The notes beneath the pieces were generated by a model that made no database searches, was not told the DNA's origin, and saw nothing but the letters and a program-made list of their open reading frames with translations. Source: an uncultured Bacteroidota bacterium (lineage in GTDB: Bacteria > Bacteroidota > Ignavibacteria > UBA10030 > UBA6906). From it: a stretch of 64,000 nucleotides of DNA. The position numbers were made by a program, and so were the translations under genes. Positions 40,433-51,100 of this stretch are shown in pieces (within the stretch, counting starts at the first letter, position 1; the number at the start of each line of letters is the position of its first letter). Location of the stretch: the NCBI GenBank assembly GCA_963700635.1, contig CAVOYH010000006.1, positions 32,001 through 96,000 of the forward strand, given 5' to 3'.

Positions 40433-41839
40433 CTATTCCCACGTTGTGTGGAACACACCCTCCCTGTCGATCCGCCGGTACGTGTGCGCACCGAAAAAAT
40501 CTCTCTGAGCCTGCAACAGGTTGGCAGGGAGCACAGCGGTCCGGTATCCGTCATAGTACGCGAGCGCGCTGCCTAAAGCCGGAACAGGAACACCAAGCTG
40601 TACTGCGCTGGAGACCACGGTGCGCCACGCTTCCTGAGCATCCCTGATTACACCTGAGAAATAGGGATCAAGAAGGAGGTTGGCCAGAGCAGGATTCCGG
40701 CTGTACGCTTCCCTGATGTGCTCCAGGAACTGTGCACGAATGATGCAGCCAGCCCGCCAGACCGAACCGATGGACCCCAGGTTCAGGTTCCAGGTGTATT
40801 CCTGATCAGCCGCTCGCATGAGCTGGAACCCTTGCGCATAGGAACAAATCTTCGAGGCATAGAGTCCCTTCCGGATGTTTTCCACAAACAGCATTCCGTC
40901 GCCGGCGAACGCCTTGCCCGGGCCGACAAGAACTCTCGATGCAACAACCCGTTCCGCCTTCAGGGCGCTCATCATCCGGGCAAATACCGCTTCCGTGATA
41001 GTCTGGGCCGGAATTCCCAGATCAAGGGAAACATTGCTGGTCCACTTTCCGGTTCCCTTTTGTTCCGCTGAGTCCAGAATGACGTGAATCAACGCCTTCC
41101 CCGTATCGGGGTCTTTCGCTGCCAGAATCTTGCCGGTGATCTCGATAAGGTAGCTGTTGAGCTCGCCTGTATTCCATTCGGTAAAGACCGCAGACATTTC
41201 TTCCGGACTCAGGCCGAGGAGACGCTCCATGAGAAAGTACGCCTCGCAGATCAACTGCATGTCGCCGTACTCGATCCCGTTGTGCACCATCTTGACAAAA
41301 TGGCCGGCCCCGTCATTCCCGATCCACTCGCAACAGGGCGTACCATCAGGAGCTTTGGCGGAGATCTTCTGAAAGATCGGCTTAATCAGAGGCCACGCAG
41401 CCGGATTTCCGCCGGGCATCAAAGACGGACCGTGCAAGGCCCCTTCTTCGCCCCCGCTCACGCCGGTTCCGACGAACAGTATCCCGGTCTCCGACAATTC
41501 CTTCAAACGCCGGCGAGTGTCTTCGAAATACGAATTGCCGCCATCAACGAGCAGATCTCCCGGAGCAAGGTGGGGTTGGAGCGCCTGGATTACGGCATCA
41601 ACGGGTTTGCCGGCTGGGACCATCATGAGAATCCTGCGCGGGGAGGAGAGATGTGCGAGGAATTCCCCTAGGTCCGCCGTCACGACGATGTCTGCACCAC
41701 CAATAACCTCTTCGGCCTGCTGCACCTTCACGGGATCACGATCCATCCCCGCAACAGAGAAACCGTTTCGCTCAACATTTCGGGCAAGATTCTGCCCCAT
41801 CACACCCAACCCCACAATTCCGAACTGTTGCTGCTTCAC
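40433..41839 (-). CDS. gndA: 6-phosphogluconate dehydrogenase, decarboxylating
   Basis: GLGVMGQNLA, VSGGEEGA, GHFVKMVHNGIEY, QKGTGKW, AQRDFFGAHTY. Confidence 0.97.
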   Translation of the reverse strand: MKQQQFGIVGLGVMGQNLARNVERNGFSVAGMDRDPVKVQQAEEVIGGADIVVTADLGEFLAHLSSPRRILMMVPAGKPVDAVIQALQPHLAPGDLLVDGGNSYFEDTRRRLKELSETGILFVGTGVSGGEEGALHGPSLMPGGNPAAWPLIKPIFQKISAKAPDGTPCCEWIGNDGAGHFVKMVHNGIEYGDMQLICEAYFLMERLLGLSPEEMSAVFTEWNTGELNSYLIEITGKILAAKDPDTGKALIHVILDSAEQKGTGKWTSNVSLDLGIPAQTITEAVFARMMSALKAERVVASRVLVGPGKAFAGDGMLFVENIRKGLYASKICSYAQGFQLMRAADQEYTWNLNLGSIGSVWRAGCIIRAQFLEHIREAYSRNPALANLLLDPYFSGVIRDAQEAWRTVVSSAVQLGVPVPALGSALAYYDGYRTAVLPANLLQAQRDFFGAHTYRRIDREGVFHTTWE

Positions 41840-42019
41840 TGTTGTTTTCCTGTCTTCTGGTCGGAGGACCGCACACGCCGAACCCCGACGTTCACGGCTA
41901 CACCGTCCCGGTCACCGGTGCCGATCCCGGGGAAATGAACCGGAGGAAGGCCCCGTGGGGAAATTCGGGTGTGCCAGAGCGACTTTAGGGAGTGTGTCAT
42001 TGCTCCGTGTGAGTGTCAC

Positions 42020-43303
42020 TCAGGAGTCCAGCGCGACCGTGTCCAGTTTGGGAACGAGCACCTGAAACATCAGCAAGGCAAGGAGGTATGCCGATCCCGC
42101 AATAAGAAAGATAATCACATAACTCCCGGTGAGTTCGAGAATGATGCCTGTCGCGGTGGATACCAGCATGCCGCCGATGGAGCCGGCCATACCACCCAGA
42201 CCAACAACCGATCCGATCGCACGGCGCGGAAACATATCGGAGGTCGTCGTGAACAGGTTTGCTGACCAGCCCTGGTGTGCTGCTGTTGCCAGACCGAGGA
42301 GTGCGACGGCCATCCAGAGGGAGTCGGCCTGTGAAGCAAACATGATCGGGATGACGCAGAGAGCACAGATCAGCATGGCAAACTTTCGGCCCTTGTTCAC
42401 GGTCCATCCCCGCTTGATAAAAGCCGATGACAGCCAGCCGCCCCCCACACTTCCGACGTCGGCAAGGAGGTAGATGACTATAAGCGGGAGACCGAGTGTT
42501 TCGAGAGTCAGTCCATATTCCTTGTAGAGGAATTTAGGGACCCAGTAGAGGTAGAACCACCATACCGGATCGGTGAGGAACTTGGCAATCATAAACGCCC
42601 AGGTCTCGCGGTAGGTCATAAGACGAAGCCACGGGATTTTTTCAACTGACTCGGGCGGGTCGCTGTGGATGTGGGCGAGTTCATCCGCGGAGACACGTTT
42701 GCTCTTGGCCGGGATCTCGTACAAAACCATCCAGAAAATCAGCCAGACGAACCCGATCGCACCGGTGACGAGAAAGGCCTCGTACCACCCGAAGGCGAGT
42801 GTTATCCAGGGAACCACGAGGGGAGCGATAACCGCGCCGACATTGGCACCGGCATTAAAGATCCCGGTAGCGAGAGCTCTCTCTTTCTTGGGAAACCATT
42901 CAGCCACGGTCTTGATGGCCGCGGGAAAATTGCCGGACTCTCCCAGTCCGAGCGCAAACCGGGCCACTCCGAATCCGAAAGCGGTGCGGGCAAGGGCGTG
43001 TGCCATCGCCGCAACACTCCACAGGATCATCGATAAGGAATAGCCGATCTTCGTTCCGACAAGGTCCATGAGCCGGCCGACGAGAAGCAGACCGATCGCA
43101 TACGCAGCCTGGAAGGCGGTAACGATGTATCCGTACTCGATTTCGCTCCACCCGATTTCCTGTTGAAGAGTCGGTGCAAGGATTCCAAGCACCTGCCTGT
43201 CGATGTAGTTGATGGTGGTGGCAAAGAACAACAGGGCGCAGACCGTCCAGCGGTAATTTCCGCCGCGCGGCCCGGGAGCAGATATGTTCTGGGATTGTGT
43301 CAT
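42020..43303 (-). CDS. MFS transporter, ExuT-like hexuronate/anion:cation symporter
   Basis: TTINYIDRQ, ESGNFPAAIKTVAEWFP, DPVWWFYLYW.P, HQGWSANL. Confidence 0.9.
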   Translation of the reverse strand: MTQSQNISAPGPRGGNYRWTVCALLFFATTINYIDRQVLGILAPTLQQEIGWSEIEYGYIVTAFQAAYAIGLLLVGRLMDLVGTKIGYSLSMILWSVAAMAHALARTAFGFGVARFALGLGESGNFPAAIKTVAEWFPKKERALATGIFNAGANVGAVIAPLVVPWITLAFGWYEAFLVTGAIGFVWLIFWMVLYEIPAKSKRVSADELAHIHSDPPESVEKIPWLRLMTYRETWAFMIAKFLTDPVWWFYLYWVPKFLYKEYGLTLETLGLPLIVIYLLADVGSVGGGWLSSAFIKRGWTVNKGRKFAMLICALCVIPIMFASQADSLWMAVALLGLATAAHQGWSANLFTTTSDMFPRRAIGSVVGLGGMAGSIGGMLVSTATGIILELTGSYVIIFLIAGSAYLLALLMFQVLVPKLDTVALDS

Positions 43304-43465
43304 CCTGGATCTATCTCCGTTGCCGGATCGGACATCCGGACGACGGCTTGGAAGGACGTTGCCGGCCGGGCTCCGGCGTTTCTAGAGGCCCGGCAGGTCT
43401 GACACCGTATGGATGGGACATCCGTTGAACAGCAGACAGTGAAAGGGTAACGTCAAGGGGTATAT

Positions 43466-44608
43466 TTAGATTCTGCCGTTTCTCTTGAGGATTTCCCGGG
43501 AAATGACAATTCTTTGAATCTCGTTCGTGCCCTCGAAAATGCGGTTGATACGAGAATCCCGGTAATACCGTTCGATGGGAAGCTCCCGCGAATAGCCCAT
43601 CCCGCCATGAATCTGGACGGCCATATCGGCGACTCTGTCAAGGGATTCGGAACAGTAGAGCTTTACGGTGGCGGATTCGCGGGAGATCGGTTTTCCCGCA
43701 TCGTACGCCATCGCCGTCCGGTAGACCATAGACTCCATCGCGAAGATCATCACCGACATATCTGCGAGCATAAATTGAATTGCTTCGAACTGGGAAATCG
43801 GCACATCGAACTGCTTCCGCTCTTTTGCAAAACGAGCCGACAGTTCGAGCAGTTCTTTGGCCGCCCCGGTGCAGGCGGCACCCAGACCCAGGCGACCCGC
43901 ATCGAGTGTCTTCATGGCCACAAGGAATCCGCGGCCATCGTGGCCGATGATATTCGTGTGGGGCACGCGAACATTTTCCAGCGTAATGGCGTTTGTGATG
44001 CTTCCCCGGATTCCCATTTTCTTCTCTGCCGGACCCGCATGGTATCCCGGGTTTTTTGTCTCAACGACAAAGCCGGTGATACCGCGGTCAGTCCTGGCAA
44101 AGAGCGACACCACGTCCGCAATCGAACCGTTGGTAATCCACATCTTTTCGCCGTTGATGACCCATTCATCCCCTTCACGGTGCGCCCGCGTCCGGAGATT
44201 AAACGAGTCGGATCCAGCAAGCACTTCTGTAAGCCCGAATGCTCCGATCATCCGTCCCTCGGCCAGCGGAACGAGGTATTTTTTCTTCAGTTCTTCCGTC
44301 CCACCAAGGTAGATCGCATTTGCGCCGATTGATTGGTGGGCGCCCATAAACGTGGCGGTTGACATACAGCCGCGGGCGATTTCCTCCTGCATCAGGCAAT
44401 AGCCCATCTCGCCGAAACCGCCGCCCCCGTACTCCGGGGGAAAAGCCGTTCCCATAAGTCCGAGATCGCGCATTTTGTCGATCAGCTCCCGCGGAATCTT
44501 TTCTTCTTCATCGATCTGATGTGCGAGCGGTTTGATCTCTCCATTGACAAATTCGCGGACCATGTCACGGAGCATGAGTTGTTCTTCAGTAAACGAAAAG
44601 AGGGACAT
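43466..44608 (-). CDS. acyl-CoA dehydrogenase
   Basis: FGLTE..AGSD, NGEKMWITN, KMGIRGS, QIHGGMGY, IFEGTNEIQR. Confidence 0.95.
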   Translation of the reverse strand: MSLFSFTEEQLMLRDMVREFVNGEIKPLAHQIDEEEKIPRELIDKMRDLGLMGTAFPPEYGGGGFGEMGYCLMQEEIARGCMSTATFMGAHQSIGANAIYLGGTEELKKKYLVPLAEGRMIGAFGLTEVLAGSDSFNLRTRAHREGDEWVINGEKMWITNGSIADVVSLFARTDRGITGFVVETKNPGYHAGPAEKKMGIRGSITNAITLENVRVPHTNIIGHDGRGFLVAMKTLDAGRLGLGAACTGAAKELLELSARFAKERKQFDVPISQFEAIQFMLADMSVMIFAMESMVYRTAMAYDAGKPISRESATVKLYCSESLDRVADMAVQIHGGMGYSRELPIERYYRDSRINRIFEGTNEIQRIVISREILKRNGRI

Positions 44609-44610
44609 TA

Positions 44611-45444
44611 CTATTCACCTTTCTGACCGACAAAACTGACGATATCTTCACCACCGTCCACACCGATGACATTTCCGGAGACCCAGCTTGCGCCATCTTC
44701 ACAGAGCAACAGCATGGCTTGGGCAACATCGTCCGGATTTGTAAGCCGGCCGCCGGGATTTTTTGCCCGTGCAACTTCGAGCATCCGTACTGCTCCCGGA
44801 ATCTTTCGCAGAGCCGGGGTATCTGTCACACCTGCCATCAGGGCATTCGCTGTGATCCCCAGCGGCCCGAGTTCCATCGCCAGCTGGCGGACGTGAGATT
44901 CCAGTGCCGCCTTTGCGCCCGACACGGCGCCGTAGCTTGGCAGCACGTTGTGGCCGCCCGAGCTTGTCAACGCGAACACCCGCCCACCCTTCTTCATCAA
45001 TCCGCGGGTAATGAGCCCCTGCACCCAGTACACCAGACTGTGTGCCATCACATCGAGGGTCATTTCCATCTGGGCCTGCGACACCGCATCATCGATCTTC
45101 TTTGCCACAAATGGTTTGAGTGTGCCGAAGGCGAGCGAGTGCAGCAGGACCTTGATCGTGCCCTGATTTGACCCGGAGAACCGCTCCTGGATGTCGTCCA
45201 GCGTCTCACTTCTTTTGATGGCGTCGGCGGCATTCATATTATAGAACATCGCTTCACGCCCGAAATGTTTTATTTCCTTCATGATATGCTGCACGGTCGG
45301 CATTGTGGCCTGGCGATCCAGATGGACGCCGAAAATATTCATCCCGTGCCGTGCGAACTCCACCGCTGCCGAGCCGCCGAACCCGCTCGACGACCCCAGG
45401 ATGAGTGCCCATTCATTTGACTTGAAGCGGGGCTCAGATTTCAT
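44611..45444 (-). CDS. SDR, enoyl-ACP reductase (FabL/FabI-like)
   Basis: GSSSGFG, YxxxxxxK motif (YGAVSGAK), GVTDTPAL. Confidence 0.75.
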   Translation of the reverse strand: MKSEPRFKSNEWALILGSSSGFGGSAAVEFARHGMNIFGVHLDRQATMPTVQHIMKEIKHFGREAMFYNMNAADAIKRSETLDDIQERFSGSNQGTIKVLLHSLAFGTLKPFVAKKIDDAVSQAQMEMTLDVMAHSLVYWVQGLITRGLMKKGGRVFALTSSGGHNVLPSYGAVSGAKAALESHVRQLAMELGPLGITANALMAGVTDTPALRKIPGAVRMLEVARAKNPGGRLTNPDDVAQAMLLLCEDGASWVSGNVIGVDGGEDIVSFVGQKGE

Positions 45445-45461
45445 AGACGTCCTTTCCTCTG

Positions 45462-47300
45462 CTATTCAACTGTTACGCTCTTTGCAAGATTTCTGGGCTG
45501 ATCGACGTTGGTGCCGCGCTCGACGGCGATGTAGTAGGCCAGCAGTTGCAGCGGAATAATATTCAGAATCGGTCCGAAAAAACCGTACGTATGGGGCACA
45601 CGGATCACAAACTCCGCCATCTTTTCAATCTCGCTGTCATCCTCATTCGCCACAGCAATGATACGGCCTCTCCGCGCGCGCACCTCCTGGATGTTGCTGA
45701 TCACCTTTTCGTAGATTCCATCCCGCGGCACAATAAACACCACCGGCATATTCTCATCGATGAGCGCTATCGGTCCGTGTTTCATCTCCGCGGCGGGATA
45801 CCCCTCGGCGTGGATATACGAGATTTCCTTGAGTTTGAGCGCCCCTTCCAATGCCACCGGGAAATTCGCGCCCCGGCCAAGATAGAGAAAATTCTTTGAA
45901 TCCTTAAACTTCTTCGCAATCTCCTGGATGGTGGAAGTATCACGCAGAATGGTCTCCACCTTCTCCGGAAGGGTCGCCAGCTCGCGGGCCAGCAACTGTC
46001 CCCGCTCCTTTTCCATCCCGCGGGCACGCGCAAGAAGGATCGTAATCAGCGCCAGTGCTGTCAGTTGCGAGGTGAACGCTTTTGTCGAGGCAACCCCGAT
46101 TTCCGGACCGGCATGCACATAGACGCCGCCGTGAGACTCCCTGGCTATGCTGCTCCCCACAACATTCACAATCCCCAGGACTGTTGCTCCCTTGGTCTTG
46201 GCATCCTTGAGCGCCGAGAGTGTATCCGCGGTTTCGCCGCTCTGGCTGATCGTGAAGATCACGTCGTCAATGTTGACCACCGGGTCACGGTACCGGAACT
46301 CCGAGGCGTATTCCACCTCCGTGGGTATCCGCGCAATCTGCTCAAGCATGTATTCGCCCACCAGCGCTGCATGCCACGACGTGCCACAGGCCGTGATGAT
46401 AATACGCCGGGCGCTGAGGAGCCGGCCCAGGGTATTCTGCAGGCCTCCCAGCTTTACGTCACCTTCCTCCACAAGCAGACGTCCCCTCATGGCATCATGA
46501 ATCGTCTGCGGTTGCTCGTGAATCTCCTTGAGCATAAAATGATCGTAGCCGCCCCGCTCGATCTGCGAAAGCTCGAGCGTGACCTCCTGTACCGTCTTCT
46601 TTACCTCTACATCCTCAATGGTCATGGTCCGGACGTTATCGCAGGTCACGTCGGCAATTTCGCCGTCATCCAGATAGACCACCTGCCGGGTGTGTGCCAC
46701 GATGGCGGAGGCATCGGAGGCAACATAGTTTTCACCGTCACCAACCCCGATGAGGAGCGGACTTCCCCGCCGTGCCGCGATCAACCGTTTCGGATCCAGC
46801 GGAGAGATAACGACGATGCCATACGTACCCCTTACTTCCGAGAGGGCGAGCCGGACTGCCCTCGTGAGGTCACCACATTCGTCATACATGACCCCCACAA
46901 GATGCGCCAGTACCTCGGTGTCTGTCCCGCCGAGAAATGTATGCCCATCCCGGAGGAGTTTGGTCTTTATGGCAAGATAGTTTTCGATGATGCCGTTGTG
47001 AACAAGAGCGATCTGTTTCTTCTGATCCCAATGCGGATGCGCGTTGGTGTCGTTGGGTTCCCCGTGCGTGGCCCACCGGGTATGCCCCATGCCAACGTTT
47101 CCGAACAGCGTACCGTTGGATTTCCCCAATTCAATCGCCAGATCGGCCACTTTTCCGGCATTCTTCTGGATATAGAACTTCCCATCCCGGATCAGGGCAA
47201 TACCGGCCGAATCATAACCCCTGTACTCCAGCCGACGGAGGCCTTCGAGGATGATCGGGACACAGTTCTTCGAACCTATATATCCAACGATACCGCACAT
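45462..47300 (-). CDS. glmS: glutamine--fructose-6-phosphate transaminase
   Basis: MCGIVG, LEYRGYDSAG, GHTRWATHG, SQSGETAD, PRNLAKSVTVE. Confidence 0.98.
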   Translation of the reverse strand: MCGIVGYIGSKNCVPIILEGLRRLEYRGYDSAGIALIRDGKFYIQKNAGKVADLAIELGKSNGTLFGNVGMGHTRWATHGEPNDTNAHPHWDQKKQIALVHNGIIENYLAIKTKLLRDGHTFLGGTDTEVLAHLVGVMYDECGDLTRAVRLALSEVRGTYGIVVISPLDPKRLIAARRGSPLLIGVGDGENYVASDASAIVAHTRQVVYLDDGEIADVTCDNVRTMTIEDVEVKKTVQEVTLELSQIERGGYDHFMLKEIHEQPQTIHDAMRGRLLVEEGDVKLGGLQNTLGRLLSARRIIITACGTSWHAALVGEYMLEQIARIPTEVEYASEFRYRDPVVNIDDVIFTISQSGETADTLSALKDAKTKGATVLGIVNVVGSSIARESHGGVYVHAGPEIGVASTKAFTSQLTALALITILLARARGMEKERGQLLARELATLPEKVETILRDTSTIQEIAKKFKDSKNFLYLGRGANFPVALEGALKLKEISYIHAEGYPAAEMKHGPIALIDENMPVVFIVPRDGIYEKVISNIQEVRARRGRIIAVANEDDSEIEKMAEFVIRVPHTYGFFGPILNIIPLQLLAYYIAVERGTNVDQPRNLAKSVTVE

Positions 47301-47330
47301 ACCACCCCCACGGTTTAGTGAATACTTGAT

Positions 47331-47359
47331 AACATAGGGAAATCGGGGTAGGAAATCAA
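47331..47359 (-). promoter_or_regulatory. sigma70-type promoter of glmS
   Basis: TTGATT (47359-47354), N17, TATGTT (47336-47331). Confidence 0.6.
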
Positions 47360-47419
47360 CCGGGCTACAAGACAGGCCGCGACGCAGTCAAAGACACCCA
47401 CGGACGCTGGGACAGGCAT

Positions 47420-48157
47420 TTACCCCGGGGGGAGAAGTCCGATGACTCCCATCATCCGACCCGAACCCACCCCTTCCCGCCGGTGTGAGTGATAGACATC
47501 GGCACGGCAGATCGTACAGGCGGGATCCATCACGATCGCTTCCCGGCGGAGACCGGCCTCCAACAGATGCTCAACATTTGCCTGCTTCAGGTCAACTTTG
47601 TAGTCCGGTCCCTCACGAACCACACACGCTTCAGAAAATTGTGACGCGACATCACTCCCGACGAGGTAACAACAGACTCCGGCAGAAGGACCGATGTAGG
47701 CGATCATGTCCGATGCGTTTGCTCCCAACTCCCTTGCCATGACCCGGACACCCTTTGCCGCGATCCTGGCCGCACTCCCCCGCCAGCCGGCGTGCACCAC
47801 TCCGACGGCGGGGATGTTGGGATCAACCAGAAAAACCGGGACACAATCCGCTATCGTGACGCACAGGAAGACCCCCGCAGTAGCGGTGCACAGACCATCC
47901 GTGCTGTCCCACAGGCCGGGTGCATCCACATGTCGTATCCTCTCCCCGTGAACCTGCCGCTGAAGTGCCAGGTCTTCGAGTTTTATCCCCAGCGTTCCGA
48001 AAAAGAGTTCCCGGTTCCGGGTCACTGCCTCAGGATCATCCCCGACAGAGTAGGAAAGGTTCATCCCGAACGATCGGGCGCTGACCCCCCCCTGCCGTGT
48101 GCTGAGGGCACACAGGAGAAAGGGATAGTGTTCGGCAAAATCCGGCCGGCGTATCAT
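47420..48157 (-). CDS. pgeF: YfiH/PgeF-family protein
   Basis: STRQGG, QVHG, ADCVPV, VHAGWRG, IGPS, SHRRE...GRM. Confidence 0.88.
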   Translation of the reverse strand: MIRRPDFAEHYPFLLCALSTRQGGVSARSFGMNLSYSVGDDPEAVTRNRELFFGTLGIKLEDLALQRQVHGERIRHVDAPGLWDSTDGLCTATAGVFLCVTIADCVPVFLVDPNIPAVGVVHAGWRGSAARIAAKGVRVMARELGANASDMIAYIGPSAGVCCYLVGSDVASQFSEACVVREGPDYKVDLKQANVEHLLEAGLRREAIVMDPACTICRADVYHSHRREGVGSGRMMGVIGLLPPG

Positions 48158-51100
48158 GCCTGCGCCTGCCCGCCGGGTATCTCCAGCGTCACGGTCGTTC
48201 CCACACCGACACGACTCTCTATCGACACCGTACCTCCAAGATCATCCACCGTCTTTTTCACAATGGCAAGGCCCAGACCCATACCATCCGTCCGTGTAGA
48301 GAAGTTCGGCTTAAACAGATTGGGTTTGATGTCATCGGGGATGCCGTGGCCGGAATCTTTGAATGCTATCTGCACGCCCCGGAGTGAGCGCACGACGGTT
48401 ATTTCCATCCGGCCCTTTCCACCCATCGCCTGAACGCCATTTCTGAGGATATTGATGCATGCGCGCCGCAGTTCCTCGCGGTCCGCCATGATTTCAGGCA
48501 ACCCCGGTTCTGTTGACAGCACACACTCCACGCGGGAATCCTGCCGGAACAGCTGAACGGCCTCTCCCACGACCTCTCCTGGCTGGCACAGGGCGAGAGT
48601 GCGGCGGGGCATCCGAGCAAACGCGGAAAACTCAAAGGCAATCCGGCTGAGCGCATCGATCTGCCCGATGACGGTGTGTGTGACCTGTTCAAGTATCTCC
48701 CCGAAATCCTGTGCACGATCAAGATACGCCCGCCTCAGGTGCTGGATTGATAATTTCATGGGCGTCAGCGGGTTCTTAATCTCATGCGCCACCTGCCTCG
48801 CCATTTCCTTCCAGGCAAGCTCCCGCTCCACCTGCACCAGCGAGTCTCTGCTCCGTTCAAGTTCCCGTGTCATGGTATCAAACGACTGTACCAGTTCCCC
48901 GATCTCCCCGTCGGCACGGGGAAGGCGCGAGCTTATGTTCAGGTCTCCCTTCCCCACATCCCTCGCAAGTTCGGTGAGCCGGAGTACCGGGGCTGCAAAA
49001 CGGTTAGCGAGCACGGGGGTAATAAGGAGCATGACAAGCAGGACCGCAGCATAGACACCAAACAGAACGGCATGACGTTCAACAAGCTCACGTTCCAGCT
49101 CGTCCTGGCGGAAGAGCGTCGGCACCGAGACAACGCCAATGATACCCCTTGCGGCATCAAGAACAGGCCGGTATCCCACGGCATAGCGGAACAGTCCGAT
49201 GTGTTCGGTTTCGACAAAAAACCATTTTCCGCTCAGAACCACTTCCGCATACGCGCTGCCGCTGATCCGCGCATCCAGCAATCCCGCAATGTAGAGTTCA
49301 GGCCTGCTGCTGATGCGGAGCATCGTACCCATGTACAGGTTGAAGTCGGTGCCGGCATTAGCGGCGATCAACTCCACCCGATCAGGCCGGACCTCCATTT
49401 CAGAAGAGGCATCCGCATGTTCCCCGATGCCGGCGATATCCTGCGCCACTGCCGCGGTCTGATCTTCCAGACGGCGCGCCATACTCTCCATCATGCGTTC
49501 ACGTACATCCAGCTGGCTGTACATCAATAACAAACCAAGCGGAAGCAATGCGGCGATCAGCATCGTTCCCAGAAGTCTGTCCCTGAAACTGAACCGGAGG
49601 GACCGCCCCTGCATCAGGGCGCGGATCACCATACATGCTCCCCAGAGCACGAGAAGCAGCCCGAAGACAACCCCCACTTTGACAAGCCCCACAAAGCGGA
49701 GAAGGATATCGTGTCGTTCAAGGCTGAGTCCGATAACGCCCCGCCCGCCTTCACCCCGCAGGGCATAAAACGTCTCGTACGCCACACCGCCTATCTCCTC
49801 CTCTTTCCACATCATCGGTGGCGACAGGAGCGGCAGTGACTCAACCAGCCCGTCAGACAGTACATGGGTGAACGGGAATGTTTTGTTGGTGGATCGTAAA
49901 TACAGGCCATCACGGTATTCCGTGATGGTGATTGGGCGGTAGAAGGACTCCAGTGTTTCGCGAGATGTCCCGCGGAGCACCGATGGATTGTCGCCGCGGA
50001 ACAGCTGCCGTTCTCCTGCCGCGACCGTTACCCGTACGTGACCACGAATGTCGCCCGTGCCCGAGCGGATGGGGGCGGAACCGGCATAGATGCGCACCGC
50101 GCTCACGCCATCTCCGATACTTTTAACCCGTAAAACTCCCTGCGTATCCAGCGGGACTGAATAACTCATCTGATGGGCCACGCCCGTCTGTCCTCCGATG
50201 GCAAACCTGCTGAGCTGCTTCCCCTCTGAATCCAGGAGCTCAAAGACCGAAGAGTATCCCTCCCGGCATGCCGCACTCTGTGCCCAGGCACGCAGCGCAA
50301 CGGATTCAGGATTCCGCGACGCCCCCTCAGCATCTGCGGCATTGATCAATTGTAACAACCCCTCCTCAACGATAAACTTGAGCCACCCCTCTATAGGACG
50401 AAGCACCTCTTCCGCAAACGTCTCCACTTTGCTTCGATCCCGCTCGCGGATCTGCGCATCCAGCACCGGAACGAGGATAATTGCTGAAAGGACAGCTATG
50501 CCCAGGTACTTGCCCACCGGAGTCGCCAGCCGGGCAGGTCCCGGCCCCCTGGACGTCAGCCAACAGAGTACAAGAACAGATGCGGAGAACAGAATCCTGT
50601 ACCAGATGGGCACGAGTGGTTCTGTCAGGAATTCCATCCCCACTGCACCGGCCAGGAACAGAATCACCGTCAACCACCACCCCATCATCTGCACGATTTT
50701 GCCGGCGGCTTCAAGAGCAAGTGCGGCCAGCAGGAATGCAAGAATGACCCCATTCAGAATTAACAGTCCCATCGGAAAAGGAGGAAAGAGAATGGCAGGG
50801 TCACCCACGGTCAGCGTCGAATCGTAGAGCAAACTGCGCACCACTGCACCGAACATGCGCAGGAGCACGAACGACGCCACAGCGAGCAATACCGAGCCGC
50901 CCACACGCACCATCAGGGGCAAACGGCTTGCACCGGTCTGCATGGAGCGAATATCGTCCGCCCGTACGAGAAGAAGAAGGTTTGCTGCGAGTGTTACAAC
51001 CGAAATCGTGAGATCGCCGATGGATTTTGCAAGCCCGCCCGCGAATACCGAAGCATACAACACCGGATCGAATATTCCCTCTGGAAAGAGCCGGCCGGGG

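Noticed and set aside
46065-47318. 417-aa + strand ORF
   Set aside because: Antisense shadow of glmS, with no motifs; expected from codon bias in GC-rich DNA.
47301-47419. glmS ribozyme upstream of glmS
   Set aside because: No recognisable ribozyme core, and a promoter lies only about 30 nt from the ATG, leaving no room.
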